Source: Camelus ferus
Lineage: Eukaryota
NCBI RefSeq assembly: GCF_009834535.1
Contig: NC_045715.1
Location: 26,722,001 to 26,786,000, forward strand
DNA length: 64,000 nt
Direction: 5' to 3'
The first letter of the stretch is position 1; each line of letters begins with the position of its first letter. The position numbers and the translations under genes were made by a program. The notes under the pieces are model-generated. The model was given only the letters and a program-made list of their open reading frames with translations, had not been told where the DNA came from and searched no databases. Shown in pieces: positions 26,024-38,751 of the stretch.

Positions 26024-26789
26024 AGAGCAGATGCTCAGTGAACATGTATGGAATGAATGGATGCACCCATGGGGGAAAGAACTCTTGCAATCAAGGGAAG
26101 TTCATCAGGGAAGACTTCAGAGAGATGCGCTTTGAGTCTAGTTATGAAAGAGGGAAAGGACATGGGTTGGCAGACAGCAGAAGGGGCTTTGTGGTTGGGT
26201 GCAGGGAGACCATTGGTACCCTGGTTGGTCTGGAGACTTCTAACAAAATACTGACTCAGAATGGCCATCTTTTGGGGAAGAGGAAGACCTTGCGGGGGAG
26301 GCTATGGTAAGTCATCCCAAGACCCAGGCCTAGGGAGAGGGTTTTCCCCTTTTAATTTTGCTTCTTTTCCTCCCGCACTTGGAACTGAACACATTGCTAA
26401 GATTCCTTGAATCCCTAGTGCAGGGGTTGGGGGGGCAATGGGGGGGGACAGTTGTAACAAATGAGTCTGGACAGAGGCATGTGGAGTGTGGCCTAGAGAG
26501 ATAGGGAGTGGGGAGCGGGAAGTGAATTGTGAGCTTGGAGAGGAGGGAGTTCTATTTTGGGTGACTGAACCCCAGCGTCTCTCAGCCAGATCCGCAGCCG
26601 ACCCCCACCTCTGCACACTGTTCCCTTGTCCCTTCTGTGCACTGGCGTCTGCTCTGTTCCTGGCTCCCCTCCTGCATCCTTTAAGACTTGGCACACTCTC
26701 TCTTTGGTGTTCTGCCTCTTGGTTTTCTTGCCTGCATCCAAAACCTCCTCCCAGTCTTTTCAAAGAAGCCATCCCTGAATAACAACGTC

Positions 26790-27030
26790 TACAAATAATG
26801 ATCAACAGCTACAATTCATCTCCTTTCCCACTACATGCCATGCGCCATACCAGGGGCATTGTGCGACCTGATTCAACTCATGAAAAACACATGAGGTTAT
26901 CATTCCTGTGGTTGCTATTTGCCCAGTGAGGAAACTGAGCCCCAGAGAGCTTGGGTGAACCCCAGGCAAGGCCATGCTTACCGTTGGTGGCAGAACTGTG
27001 GCAAGAACCCACATCTGCCCAACTCAGAAG
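26790..27030 (-). mobile_element. MIR SINE
   Basis: tttgcccagtgaggaaactgagcccagagagcttgggtgaac. Confidence 0.75.
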
Positions 27031-27054
27031 CCTGTGCCCTTCTCTTTCCAGAGC

Positions 27055-27532
27055 TCCACAGCCCTCCCGCTGAATCAGAGATTCTGGGGGTGGGGCCCAG
27101 TCAGCTGCATTTACTAAGCCCTCCGGGAGGTGCTAGAACCACAGGTTTAGCTGGGCTGGCTCCAATCTGGCTGCAAACTTCCAAGTCCACCTGAGATTTG
27201 GAGAAAACTGATTCATTCTCTTGCCATTACTCATCTGTAGGACTCTAACGAGCTCTGGGCATAGGGCAAGATGCTCAAAGTTCCCGAGGGCTCGTTTCCC
27301 TGGTTGTGAAGTAGGAGCAAGCCCAGCCCTTAGAGAGGAGCGTCCCTGGCTCCTCTTTTCTGGAAGAGGATCTCCCAAGTGTGGTTACTCAGTATTAATG
27401 CGCCTTAGCGTCACCTGGGGAGCTTTTATAAACGATCACTGCCCGGCTCCCTCCCCAGACCAGGCCAGCATCTCTGGGGGTGGGATTAGGGCGTGAGTGT
27501 CTCTAATGTACAAGGGAGTGGAGAACCCTGGC
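27055..27532. mobile_element. Two MER5-family fragments (~27055-27145 and ~27375-27532)
   Basis: ctgaatcagagattctgggggtggggccc..ctgcatttactaagc; cgtcacctggggagcttt...gagaaccctg. Confidence 0.65.
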
Positions 27533-28407
27533 CTCTCCCTCCCCATCAATCCCTCAAGGGAAGAGGCGAGGCATCTCTAACCAATGACTCTGGGAGAAGC
27601 TATGAGCTGGGCCTGCTAAACACTCCCTCCCCTCCCCAGGATCTGCCACCTGCAGGGTGGGTGCATCTGGCCAGCTCTGGTGATGAGGTCGGGAGCCTGC
27701 TCCTGCGGGAGTGTCTACAGTCATCCTTCTATGCCAAGGACTAGACGTGTCAGCTGGCCTCACTTACGGGTGAAATATTAGGAAGTCCGTTTGGCCAGAG
27801 AGAGAGACAGGTCCTCCCACAGCTTTATCAGGAATGTGGCTGATACTGTGACCTCTGTTTGCTCCATGTATCTGTTTCTCAACCGGTCCTGAACTTGAGC
27901 CAGAAGAGGAAAGTTTTACACAAAACCCCAATACCATATACTGGACAGAATTAGGGTTGAGTTTAACGAGATGGCATAACCAAGCCATTTAGTTGGTTAG
28001 TGGTCTGTAAATGTTTGTTGCATCTGAATCAAAACCCAGCCCCCTCTGATCACCACTAGGACTGACCTCCCAGCCTCAAACCTCTACCACCAGTTAACTC
28101 CTTAGTCCTCACTTCACTCAAGTCAGTAAATGTCCACGGCTCTGGGTAGGGATTCACAAGGGATCTCTCTGTAGCTGAGAGAACAGCAAATTATTTGGAA
28201 TTGGTCCTACCTTTTTTTTTTTAACAGGGTCCCAGATGACACTGATGTTGCTGTTCTGGGGCCCATTTTGAGATCACCTGAGCTGAGTGAAAACACAAGG
28301 CAGGTCAGCGCTGCCTGGAGGGACTGCTGGAGGGAGCTGGCTGACTGAGGGAGGCGTCTCTTGACCCAGATGGAGTCCGGGTGTTTGGCAAGCGTGGCTG
28401 TGAATTA

Positions 28408-28964
28408 TTTTTTTTATCGAAGTACAGTTTATTTACAATGTTGTGTTAGTTTCTGGTGTATGGCAGAGTGATTTCAGTTATATAGATTCTTTTCCCTTAT
28501 AGGTTATTACAAGATATTGAGTATAGTTCCCCATGTTATACAGTAGGGGCTTGTTGTTTATTTGTTTATATATAGTAGTTTGCATCTGCTAATCCCAACT
28601 AATTTATCTCTCCCCCCTGCATTTCCCCTTTGGTAACCGTAAGTTTGTTTTCTATGTCTGAGTCTGTTCCTTTTTTGTAAATGAGTTGGTTTGTATCTTA
28701 TTTTAGATTCCACATAGAAGTGATATCATATATTTGTCTTTCTCTGACCTACTTCACTTAGTATGATAATCTCTAGGTCCATCCATGTTGACGCAAATGG
28801 CATTATTTCATTCTTTTTATGGCTGAGTAATATTCCACTGTGTATATATATACCACATCTTTATCCATTCATCTGCCAGTGGACATTAAGGTTGCTACCA
28901 TGTCTTGGCTATTATGGTGCTGCTATGAACATTGGGGTGCATGTGTCTTTTCTAATTGGAGTTT
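28408..28964 (-). mobile_element. Lineage-specific L1 3' end (same type as 4075-4790), running into an assembly gap
   Basis: T-tail, then tacaatgttgtgttagtttctggtgta...ttttagattccacat...atccatgttgacgcaaatggcattatttcattcttttatggctgag. Confidence 0.9.
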
Positions 28965-29120
28965 NNNNNNNNNNNNNNNNNNNNNNNNNNNNNNNNNNNN
29001 NNNNNNNNNNNNNNNNNNNNNNNNNNNNNNNNNNNNNNNNNNNNNNNNNNNNNNNNNNNNNNNNNNNNNNNNNNNNNNNNNNNNNNNNNNNNNNNNNNNN
29101 NNNNNNNNNNNNNNNNNNNN
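28965..29120. other. Assembly gap (156 N)
   Basis: Run of N. Confidence 1.
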
Positions 29121-29380
29121 GGCTGCAAATTAGAATCACCTGGAGAGATTTACAAATACCAGAGCCCGGTAGCATGAACAGCTGATCCAGGTTTCCCAGG
29201 ACTGAGAGAGTCCCTGGAATGTGGGATTTTCTGTATTAAAACTGGGGCAATCCTGGGAAAAGCAGGGATGAGCTGCCCACCCAGGGATTTTGTTTTAATT
29301 GGTTCTGGTTGGATCTAGGCATCAGTATTTTCCAAAATGCCTCCATGAGTCTCCTGTGCAGTTAGGGATGAGAACCTGGG
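29121..29380 (+). mobile_element. MER5-family element interrupted by a nested MER94-like (hAT-Blackjack) MITE at ~29171-29282
   Basis: ggctgcaaattagaatcacctggagag..., then ccaggtttcccaggactgag...taaaactggg...cctgggaaaagcagggatgag, then MER5 resumes (ctaggcatcagtattttccaaa...gatgagaacc). Confidence 0.7.
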
Positions 29381-29469
29381 GAATCTGATCCCAACTCTGG
29401 AAAGAAGGGGTGAATTGTGAAAACAGGTTTGTATAAGTGCTGGTGAGATAGCTGGGAAGAAAACGGAGA

Positions 29470-29585
29470 GTGAATGAAACCACCTGCATCCCAGTCCCCT
29501 GGGGAACTTGTTAAAATGCTCTAGGTCCTTACCCGAGATCCTCTCACCCAGAAACTCAGAGTGGGGCCCTGGGATCTGTGTCATG
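29470..29585 (+). mobile_element. MER5A fragment
   Basis: cctggggaacttgttaaaatgc...cagaaactcagagtggggccctgggatctg. Confidence 0.65.
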
Positions 29586-30164
29586 GAGAACCTCTTAGGA
29601 TGCATTTTCCTAGGAGATCTCTTGCTGAGAGTGGGAAAACAAAGAGCTAAATAGAGGGAAGAAAGCTGGAAACCCACGCTGTGCTCCTAGAGGGTAGCTT
29701 GTTGAACCTTTTGGCCTGGGGCCAAAAGGAGGAGTGAGAAGGGTGCAGATGGAGGCCAGAAGGAAGGGGTCAGCCTCAGCCTGGGCTGGAGGGCAACCCA
29801 ACAGGTAAGAATGGATGGTGCCTGGAAGAAATGGTTCCAAGCTGAGAGCACGTACCAGCTCACTGAAGGAGCTTGCGGTGAAGTCATTGCCTCCAGCCAG
29901 ACGTGCAGGACTCATGCCCCAACCCCCCAGGACCCCACCCCCGACTCTGTGACCACACAGCCGTGCCCTGTCTGTCTGAATGGGGCCTGAGCATCCACAT
30001 GGGCGATCAAAGGGCCCATACAGGAAGCATGTATAAGTAGATTCAACTGGGCGTGGAGACTGATTGGATAATTTATAACGTAAAGAAGGGAACAGCGTGT
30101 GTGTGCGTGCACATGCTTGGTGGGCTTTTGCACAGCCTGTCAAAACTGCCCTCGTCCCAGCCCC

Positions 30165-30315
30165 GTCAGTTCTGCACTTGAGACCTCGGACAGGTCACTT
30201 GACCTCTCTGGGCCTGTTTCCTTGTCTGTAAAGCTAGGATGCTAATAGCCACTTCTGAAGGTTTCATGTGAGAATCAAATGAGATAATACATGTAAAAGC
30301 CTGAGATATAGCAGC
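30165..30315 (+). mobile_element. MIR SINE
   Basis: gacctcggacaggtcacttgacctctctgggcctgtttccttgtctgtaaa...gagaatcaaatgagataatacatgtaaaagc. Confidence 0.85.
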
Positions 30316-30339
30316 TCTCAAGACAAAGAAAGAGTTAAT

Positions 30340-30950
30340 GATGACTCTGTGGTTTTGAACCTCAGGACTGTGGTGTCACTCCCAGAAAAAAGCAGGGTGG
30401 TCTGAAGGGGGAGGGGATGAAGGCGGTTTGAGAGGAAGTTGGTGGGCATGGTGCCAGCCCTTCTAAGTAGAAATGTGGGTAGTTGGAAATAAGAAGCTGG
30501 AGATGGGAAGGGAGGATTTTGGAGTGACCACTGCTGAATTCGTCTGAAATAAGGGGGTGGAAGGTGTGTTGGGAGGGAGGACAGAGACCCGAGGTGGGAA
30601 CCTTGGTGAAGCCCCAGCGTGTCTGCTGTGTGTCCCATTCTGTGCTAGGCGCAGGGTTCCTGAGAGGCTGTGGGACACTGTCCCCAACCTCAAGGAGGTC
30701 ACAGCTCAGTGAGAGTGACTGTAATTCAGAAAGCGGCTCTGTCTGATGGGAGGAACGTGTGATGCTAAGGAGGGGTGCCTCACCCACACCTGTGGGGAAG
30801 GGAGCGAGGCTTGCAGGTGAGTGGCCAGGAGGATGGGGGGATGGGAGGAGGTGCGCCCAACAGGGGAACCAGCTGGTTGAAATTAAAGAGGTGAGAGAGA
30901 GAGGAGTGTGGGGACAGGCTGGTCGGATTTCACGGTGTTCTGAAACGCCA
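30340..30950 (-). mobile_element. L2 LINE fragments
   Basis: Purine-rich L2 antisense motifs: tctgtgctaggcgcaggg...ctgtccccaacctcaaggaggtcacag. Confidence 0.6.
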
Positions 30951-32003
30951 TGAAGAGGGCCTCTGGGGGGGGACAGGATGGAAAGACGTGATACTGATAC
31001 ACAGAAGTGCAGCGTGCAGGGGAGGTGGGGGACTGAGGAGGGGGCGACGGGGAGAGACATTAGGTGCCCTGCTGGGTAAATAAAGCCCGCTTGGTAAAGA
31101 GAATCGAGGCACGGCTCACGGAGATGTCAGAGTCAAAGAAAGGTGACTTCGAGTGGAGGAGTCCACGCGGAGACTGTTGCCAGAGCTTGAAACTAAGGGG
31201 GTGATCTGGGTTCTGAGAGGAAACCCTGGCTTCTGTAGCCTGAAGTCCTGGAGCTGAAGTCTCCTTTTCCTCAGAGGAAACGTCCCATTCCTAGAGGCAC
31301 AGAGAGGAAGGCTGTCTCATGCCTTTTACATGCAAGATAGCTTTTGTTTGCTGGAAAGGGCAGGGAGTAGAAACAAACAAATGAAAACGTCTGCGTTTTG
31401 TTTTGGGGAATGCCAAGGTCTCACTTAACCCTGCGGGTTTGTGAAGGCACGTGCCTTTGCCTCTCACTGAGCGCCACCTGAGGCACCTCTGGACGTGTCT
31501 GGCCAAGGTTTGGATGTCTTTGACCTCCACTGGCCTCTAAGAAAAGGTTGAAGGTCTTGAGTTTATTGGGTTTGCCATGAAGATTTACTTCAGGGGTAAA
31601 TAACTCTCCTGTCTGGATAACCCCTCCCCCACCCACTGCCATTAGATGATTTTCTTTCGGGAAGAGGACCTGCTGCATACATGGTGGTATTTCCTGTTCT
31701 GATAGGGCTGAATCTAGATGGGGGAAAGCTCATTGGTATAAAAAAATATGAATTAATACAAGACATCAAATATCAGATACTACTTCATGGCACTTTATGT
31801 TGAAGTGTCCTATACACAGAGTAGACACCAAGGTCTCTGAGTTTACCTGGGAGACCTCAGGTAGAGGAGGATGGTTAGGAAGGCTGCTTGGAGACGGTAG
31901 CATCTGCATCAGGATGGAGAGGAGGAGGAGGAGGAAGCAGAGGTGGGCATGGGGCTGGGGTGGGGGATAATATTACTAACCCAAATGTAGAACAAGCAGA
32001 ATC

Positions 32004-32025
32004 TTTTTTTTTTTTTTTTTTTTTT
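32004..32025. repeat. T22 homopolymer
   Basis: Direct reading. Confidence 0.95.
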
Positions 32026-32974
32026 ACTGTTTTTTACTGTATTTCAAAGCTAATGCATTCTCTTGCTTTGAATACTTATCCAATCACAGAAGGACACAAC
32101 CTTTGTGTTTGAGTAATGTAAAGTCATCACACTGATGGTGGGTCTTATAACTGATAGGGTCAAGAATTCAGGAAATAACACCCTACAATGTATTTAATCC
32201 ATCCGCTCTATCAAGTTCCTGCTGTGTGTGTGGAAAGAGCCCAGGGATGAGGGGGAGTTGGCGATAAAGCCTAAGTGTCCATGCCCTCTAGGAATTTTAA
32301 TGCCTTGAGCAGTGGTGCGTTTAAGGCGGAGTGAGCAGGGAGCCTGCGGTGGAGGGATAAGGTGGGATGAGGAGGAGAGGTCAGGGCGGGGAGCAGCCCA
32401 GCAGTTACTGAGTTGCCTATCAAGGCTGTTTGGGCAGGAAGCCACCCCAGATTAAAGTAACTTGTCCATTCAGGGACTGTGGGTAACATTTTTGGAAACA
32501 CACAGGGAGTGGCTGGCTGGGCTGCTCTTCCTGGGAAAGGCGGCGTGTGCTGGCTGCTGTAGAAGATGGGCAGGACCAGCTGCGTGATTTGCGGAGCCCA
32601 GTGCAACATGGAAATGCAAGGCTCCTTGTTCAGAAAGTTTTAAAGATTTCAAGACAGTGACAGCAGAGCCTGAAACCAAGCAGGGGGCCCTTTGCGGGGT
32701 GCCCAGCTCGCACACCCAAGAGGCTGGCCCAGAAGATGGGACAGCCTGGACCTTTCTGTGACTCAGTGTGTGCGGTAAGATGATGGGGCCGGGTTGCTGT
32801 CTGTGGCTGGGGAACAGGGCTTCTCTGTACTAGCGCTGAGTTCTTCCCTGAGGGTTGGGATGGGGTGATGGGGATGGGATGGGGCACCACAGGAGGCTGC
32901 CCGGCTGCTGGGTGGTGCCAACTGTTTACCAGGATGCTGCCATCTCAGTTAAGTGGGAAGGCTACTGAGTTTTG

Positions 32975-33175
32975 GAATCAATTAGACTGAGGTTCACATG
33001 TGTTATGAACTCTGCTAACTTGGGCAAGTTGCTTACCTTTTCTAAGCTTTTCTTTCCCTATATGTGAAAATGCAGGTCATTCTGTATAATACAATCTTTG
33101 CCGGATGTTGGGATAATTAAGTGAAATAATTAATGTGAAAATTTGAGCCCAGCCTAGCTCTTAGGAAATGTTAGT
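32975..33175 (+). mobile_element. MIR SINE
   Basis: aacttgggcaagttgcttacc...atatgtgaaaatg...aattaagtgaaataattaatgtgaaa. Confidence 0.75.
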
Positions 33176-34856
33176 ATCCTTCTTTCTAAAAGTGTGCTGA
33201 ATACCTATCTTGTAACATGTGGAGCATGTAATAGTTTGGGGGATACATTATTGTCAGCAATTTAGTTTTTTCCCCCATCTCAGGCTTGTTGGGGAAGTGG
33301 CTAAAATATAACAGCAAAATTTCACATAGCAGAGGCAGAGGGAGTGTACACCCCATTATAACAAACACCAAGGGAAACCCAGTTACATCTGCTGGACAGC
33401 CCCCTCCAGAGGAACACATACACGTGCATGGAGTGTACACGCTCTGGAACTGAATTGAAACTGGGTTGGAATAGGTGGTGTATTACAGGAGAGAGCCCTA
33501 GTTTGTGTGCCATCTCCTGTTTTGAATCTCAAAGTCCTCATCAGTCAAAAGTCCTGGCCTTGCTGGGTTGTCTTAAGGTTAGATGAGATGCTAAGTGTGA
33601 CTACCCCGTCTCTAGCCCATGGCAGGTCCGAGCATCTTTTGACGGGGATCTGCTCTCAGGCCATAGTGTGCTTCACGGGAGACTGAGGCCAAGACCTGGC
33701 CTTCCCCGTGGTAGCAGTTCCTGAGTATCATGCCTGGGCAGCTCCTTAGCAACTGAGCGTGGGCTGGTTATCAGTGATATTACTGTTTCCTCTGCTCAAA
33801 TACTTTGGGAGCTGGCTGGGTCCTCTCTCTGCAGAGACTTGAAAGTCAGTGGAATCGTGTGTGTGTTTCCTGAGAATGAACACACATCTACACATGCTGT
33901 ATATACACACAGCACCTACACATCCATACCACACCACATACAGCCATCAGCACACACCACGCACATCACACTATAAACCCATGCTACACACCACCCCCTG
34001 TATATACCTTTGCACCATAGCATCAAACCCTCTTACATGCCAGCATGAATTCGTTTCTTTCCTCCCTCCCTTTCTTCTTCAGTCATTTCTGAGCATCTCC
34101 TGTACTTGTTTTTCTGGTGCGTAAGGGTTGAGTATTTCCCCCACGCCTCCTAATATCTGGTCCTAAAAACTCCGTGTGACGGCCACCATTCTCAGTTCCC
34201 TTTGCCATCTCGTCTGCTTCTAACAAATTCCAGGACAGCAACCCAGGCTGAAAGTACCCAATTTTTACCCACCCAGAAGCCTGGGGCTGCTGTCAATTCA
34301 GCCCTACCTCCAGAGACATCCAGATGGAACCAGATTTGTGCTTCACTAGCCTTCTAGTCCCTCCTCACTCAGCTCCTGGGGGCCCCTCAGGTTCTCTCGT
34401 GCTTCTGTAGGCTGAGCCCTGAACCTTAGGCACACTGTGAGGATCCTGGAGCTGGGACAGGGGAAGGAAACCCGGTTGGAGGGCCTGTGATGTGCTGGCT
34501 GCTTGATCCGTGCTCTTTGTTTGGTGCTCACAGTAGCGCTGGGAGGTGGGCTTTGCCATCTGTGTGCCCAGGAGGGAAGTGAGGCTCACAGGTACTAGGT
34601 AACTTTGCCACAGGCGTAGTATGAAAGCATACGCGCTTTGTAGTAAGCACCCTACCTCCTGGAAGACAGGAGCAGACCAGCTGAGGCTTGGGCCTGGAGA
34701 GAACTCCTTGTTCCCCCCGACCTCTGTGCTGAGGTCCTTCCTAGGACCTGTAGAGCAGCTGCTGATTCTAGCGGCATTCTGGAGGGCTGCCGGCCGCAGC
34801 GGCCAGGGCCCTTAGGGGTTTGCTATCATGAGGCTATGATTAGACCCGTGTGGGTG

Positions 34857-35540
34857 GTTTTTAACAGCTTTTTTGAGGTATAATTGGCATACCATATACT
34901 TTACATAGTTAAAGTGCATCACTTGATACATTTTAGCCTGTATAAACCTGTAAATTCATCACCACCATGAAGATCCTGCTTGACCGTCATCCCCAAAAGT
35001 TTCCTGTGCCCTTTATAATTGACCCCCCTCCCTGCCCATCCTCCACCCACTCCACAGGCAACCCACCTGGTTTAAGTCACTATAGATTAGTTTGCATTTT
35101 CCCAAATCTTAGATAAATGGAATCGTACAATGTGTACCTTTTATCCTCTGGCTTCTTACACTTAGCATAATTATTTTGAGCTTCATCCATGTGTGGCATG
35201 TATCAATAGTTCATTCCTTTTTATTGCTGAATAATACTCTATTATGTGACACACAACACAGTTTATTGATTCACCTGCTGTTGGACATTGCGGGTGCTTC
35301 CAGTTTGGAGCTGTTACAGATAAAGCTTCTCTGAACATTCATGAATAAGACATGGTATGGGCATATGCTTTCTGTTTTGGGTCAATACCTAGGAATAACT
35401 GGATCACATGGAAGTGTAAGTTTAACTTTTTAAGAAACGGGCAAACTGTTTTGTTTAATGGCTGCACCATTTTGCTGCCCGCACCCCCACCCCCAACAGT
35501 ATAGGAGAGTCCAGTTCTCCTGTGTCCTCACTGGCTCGCA
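34857..35540 (-). mobile_element. L1MB-type 3' fragment
   Basis: cagcttttttgaggtataattggcatac...ttcatccatgtgtggcatgtatcaatagttcattcctttttattgctgaata...ggctgcaccatttt. Confidence 0.88.
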
Positions 35541-36362
35541 GGATGTTGATCTGATTTCAAAGCTTGGTTGGTATGGAATCTGGGAGCCCCACCAAATGGC
35601 CAAACCTAAAAATTAAAGCAGGTGGCTTTCTGTTTGGACTGGGAACCCTGAGGTGCAGTGCTACACTGAGGAATGCAGAATCAGGTGCTCCTAGAAATGT
35701 TGTTCAAAGGGCTGTTTGCAGAATGCTGGGAGAAGGGGACAGGAGAGGTCAGCGCTGGTCCTGGCTTGAGATCCTGCATCTGAGGTGTGTTGGAAAAAAA
35801 CATGGCAAGAAGCATTAACAGGATGGGGCATTAGAGAGGGAAGAAACAGCCGTGGAAGAGGACAGGAGCCTCGTCCATGTAATTTGCCCTTAAATCCCCA
35901 GCAGCATGAGCAGTGCCAGGCAGAGTGAGTGCTGAAAACAATGGAGGTTGAATGAACAAACACTTGAATGACGGATGAACTAATGGGAGTTCAGGGGATA
36001 CGATTCTGTTCCACCAGCATCATTTAGCACCTCGTGTTTTCTGTGGCTCAGAGCCTGGTGTCTGGGGTGGAAGAAACTCTGGAGGGTGTGTGGTTTGACC
36101 TGCTCATTTACAGACAAGGCTCAAAGAAATGCCCTAAGAATAGCCAAGGTCATTCCTCTCTTGCCTAGGTGGCCTGCTGGGGCAGAGTTGGGACTCAGTC
36201 CTGAGTCTCCTCATTTTTAGTCTCAGGTTTATCTTCTTTTCAAAATGATACTATCTTTTCTGCTGAAAATAATAAATGAGGATTGTAAAAAATTTGGAAA
36301 AATGCAGAAAAGGATAATTAAAATAACCTTAAACTCCAGCCACCCAAAGATAATTTCTTCAT

Positions 36363-36363
<1 letters not shown>

Positions 36364-36411
<48 letters not shown>
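36364..36411. repeat. (GT)24 microsatellite
   Basis: Direct reading. Confidence 0.97.
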
Positions 36412-36413
<2 letters not shown>

Positions 36414-38741
36414 ACATAGGTCACTATGTCTGTTTATCTATCTATCATCTAACCAATCCTTATGTTTTAATATTATGGCTGTTTTCCATCTTTTATAATA
36501 TTAGTAACCCTGGGAGGGCTGTCTGGTCCCAAATCTTTGATAGCTCCTCTGATCATTTCCCGGTGCTCATTCTGTTATGTGCTGCCCCCTCTAAGCCCTC
36601 TGTGTGAGCAGAGAGCTCAGGGTAGCACAGGACCCCCACTGGGATCGAGTTCTGCAAGCCTTCCTCAGACCTAGATATGTGAACTTCCCCTGTCATAACC
36701 ACATCCACACTTTATTACGTTTATCTGCTTAATTGTCTTCCTTCCCCACCAAACTGAACTCGTTTTTACCGTTGTGTTTTTCCAGCTCTTAGCCAGGTAC
36801 TTAGAGGCTCCACAAATATTTGTTAGAATGAATGAGTGAACGGATGGAATTGTATGGACGAGAGTGAGGGGCAGGTGAGGGGCACCCTGGGGCAGCCTTT
36901 TCAATCACTTGCCCTCCAGGAGTCCACTGTCCCCCCTCCCCCAGTCCCTGTCCTCTCCCACTCTGCCCACCCTGGAGAGATGGAAGGTGGCTATAGTCCA
37001 GGATTTATGTCGAGTCAGGCCCAGAGGCACACACAGGGCCTTTTCTGGTGTGATTGCTGGACACCTAGAGGGACTAACAGAGCTGTAAGGAGGGCACCGT
37101 TTCTGGGGAAGACTCAGCCCAGCATTTAGTGTGTGACCAGGTGCCCAAGTCCAGTGGGGTCCCAGGGCCTGCTTGTCTTGACAGGACCTCAAGGTTCCAC
37201 CTTCATGAGTGACAGAATGCCTTTGTCCTGGGACTGCAGGAGGCGTGGTCAGCAGGGAGCTTCTCCCAGCCCAGGGCTGCCTAGAATGGTGTGAGTTCTC
37301 AGCGTGCTGGGGCGCTCTGGTGGGAGACCTGGCAGGAGCGCCCAGGAAGAGGCGGGTGCTGTCTTTACTGCATCCCATCAGTAAAGACAGCCCCGTCTGT
37401 GTGGCCTGGGGTTGGGGCTTCCCGGAAGCAGGAGGGGTTGTCACGGGCAGAGTGGTTTCCCTTTGGCCAGGGGCCCCAGACCTCTGGCTCTGATGGGTGG
37501 CAGAGACTTGGGTGTTAAAATTCCTTCTTCTCTTTGACTTCACAGCTGTTGCCCAGAGAGCTCCCACCGCTCCCTGTCAGGCTCTGCCTGAGTCCTTGCT
37601 TTCCGTGCCCAGGCTGCGTCTTGCCAAAGCTCCCCATCCGCTCACGCACATGTGGGCATGCACACCCCTCTGTGACATCCCCGGCATCTGTCCCTGTCCC
37701 CTTCTCTTCTCAGCAGTTCAAGGCCTCATTAACTCTTGCTCAGACAGAGCTGCTTTCAGACTCTCCCCTTCTATCTGTCCTGAAATCCACCCCATACGGT
37801 GCCAACCTAATTGCCCATCCAAATCCCAGCTGGGATCAGACGTCACAGACTCTGTCCTTTACTGTAAGCCACCAACTAATCAGCCGATAAACCACCCAAC
37901 TGCCCATCCTTGGGCTGCTGCCACCGCCTCCTTGGCCTGCCATTCAGGGCCTGGCTAGCAGGTCCCCATCTTGTGTCCTGCTGCACCTTCTTGTGCCCTG
38001 CATCCCAGCCTGGGCACAAACAACTTCCCTTAGCCGCTTCCTCACCTTGATGCCAGGTGCTCACTCTGGCATGCCTCTGTTGTGAATGGGTTTCTTGGAC
38101 CCTCCCACTGGCACATGGCAACCTCTCCTCCAAGACCCAGCTTCCGTGCCACTTCCTCTGGTGACTGTCCCAGTCACTAGCCAGAAGCCACTCTTCCTCC
38201 CTGCAGTCCCAGGGCCTGGAGCTGCACCTCCCTCCCTCCCTCCCTCGCTTCCTGGTGGTTGATACATGTGCCTCCCAGCAGCCCTATAAACCTGGTGAGG
38301 AGAGGATTTGATGTCTGGTTCATCTAAAGCCCCCAGAAAATTGCATTCTACACGGCAGTCAGGGGGTGAATGGATGAATGAATGAATGAGTGGATGAATG
38401 AATGAGTGAACGCATGCTTGACCATGGCCTTGGAGAGCTAGTATCTGCTTGTTTTCTGTTCTGGTGAGACAAAGAAACCTATATTCTCTTCCTCATTTCT
38501 CAAAATGGGAAAACCAACTGGAAAATCCACAACTTCCACGCTCACCCCCAAGTCACTTTGGGGAATTTCTCAGTTTCACTTTCCCAGCAAGACCCTCCTT
38601 TCTCTCCTTCCTCTTCTCCCCCTGCTCTCTTAGTCTCCCACCCAGCAGCCTGCGCGGAGGGGACTCTGGGGCTGCAAGAGAGTTTACTTTTGCTTCTTGC
38701 CTTTCCCAGAGCAGAGGGGGAAACCATAATTTAGGCGGCTG

Positions 38742-38751
38742 CTAAAAATAG
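38742..38751 (+). promoter_or_regulatory. Candidate MEF2 site
   Basis: CTAAAAATAG, the optimal MEF2 sequence, in DNA with no recognisable repeat. Confidence 0.45.

Noticed and set aside
2724-29810. Strong donor-like motifs in intron 1 (2727, 3001, 9126, 26307, 29805) as alternative 5' exons
   Set aside because: Such motifs occur often by chance, no convincing paired acceptors or promoters were found, and transcript data would be needed.
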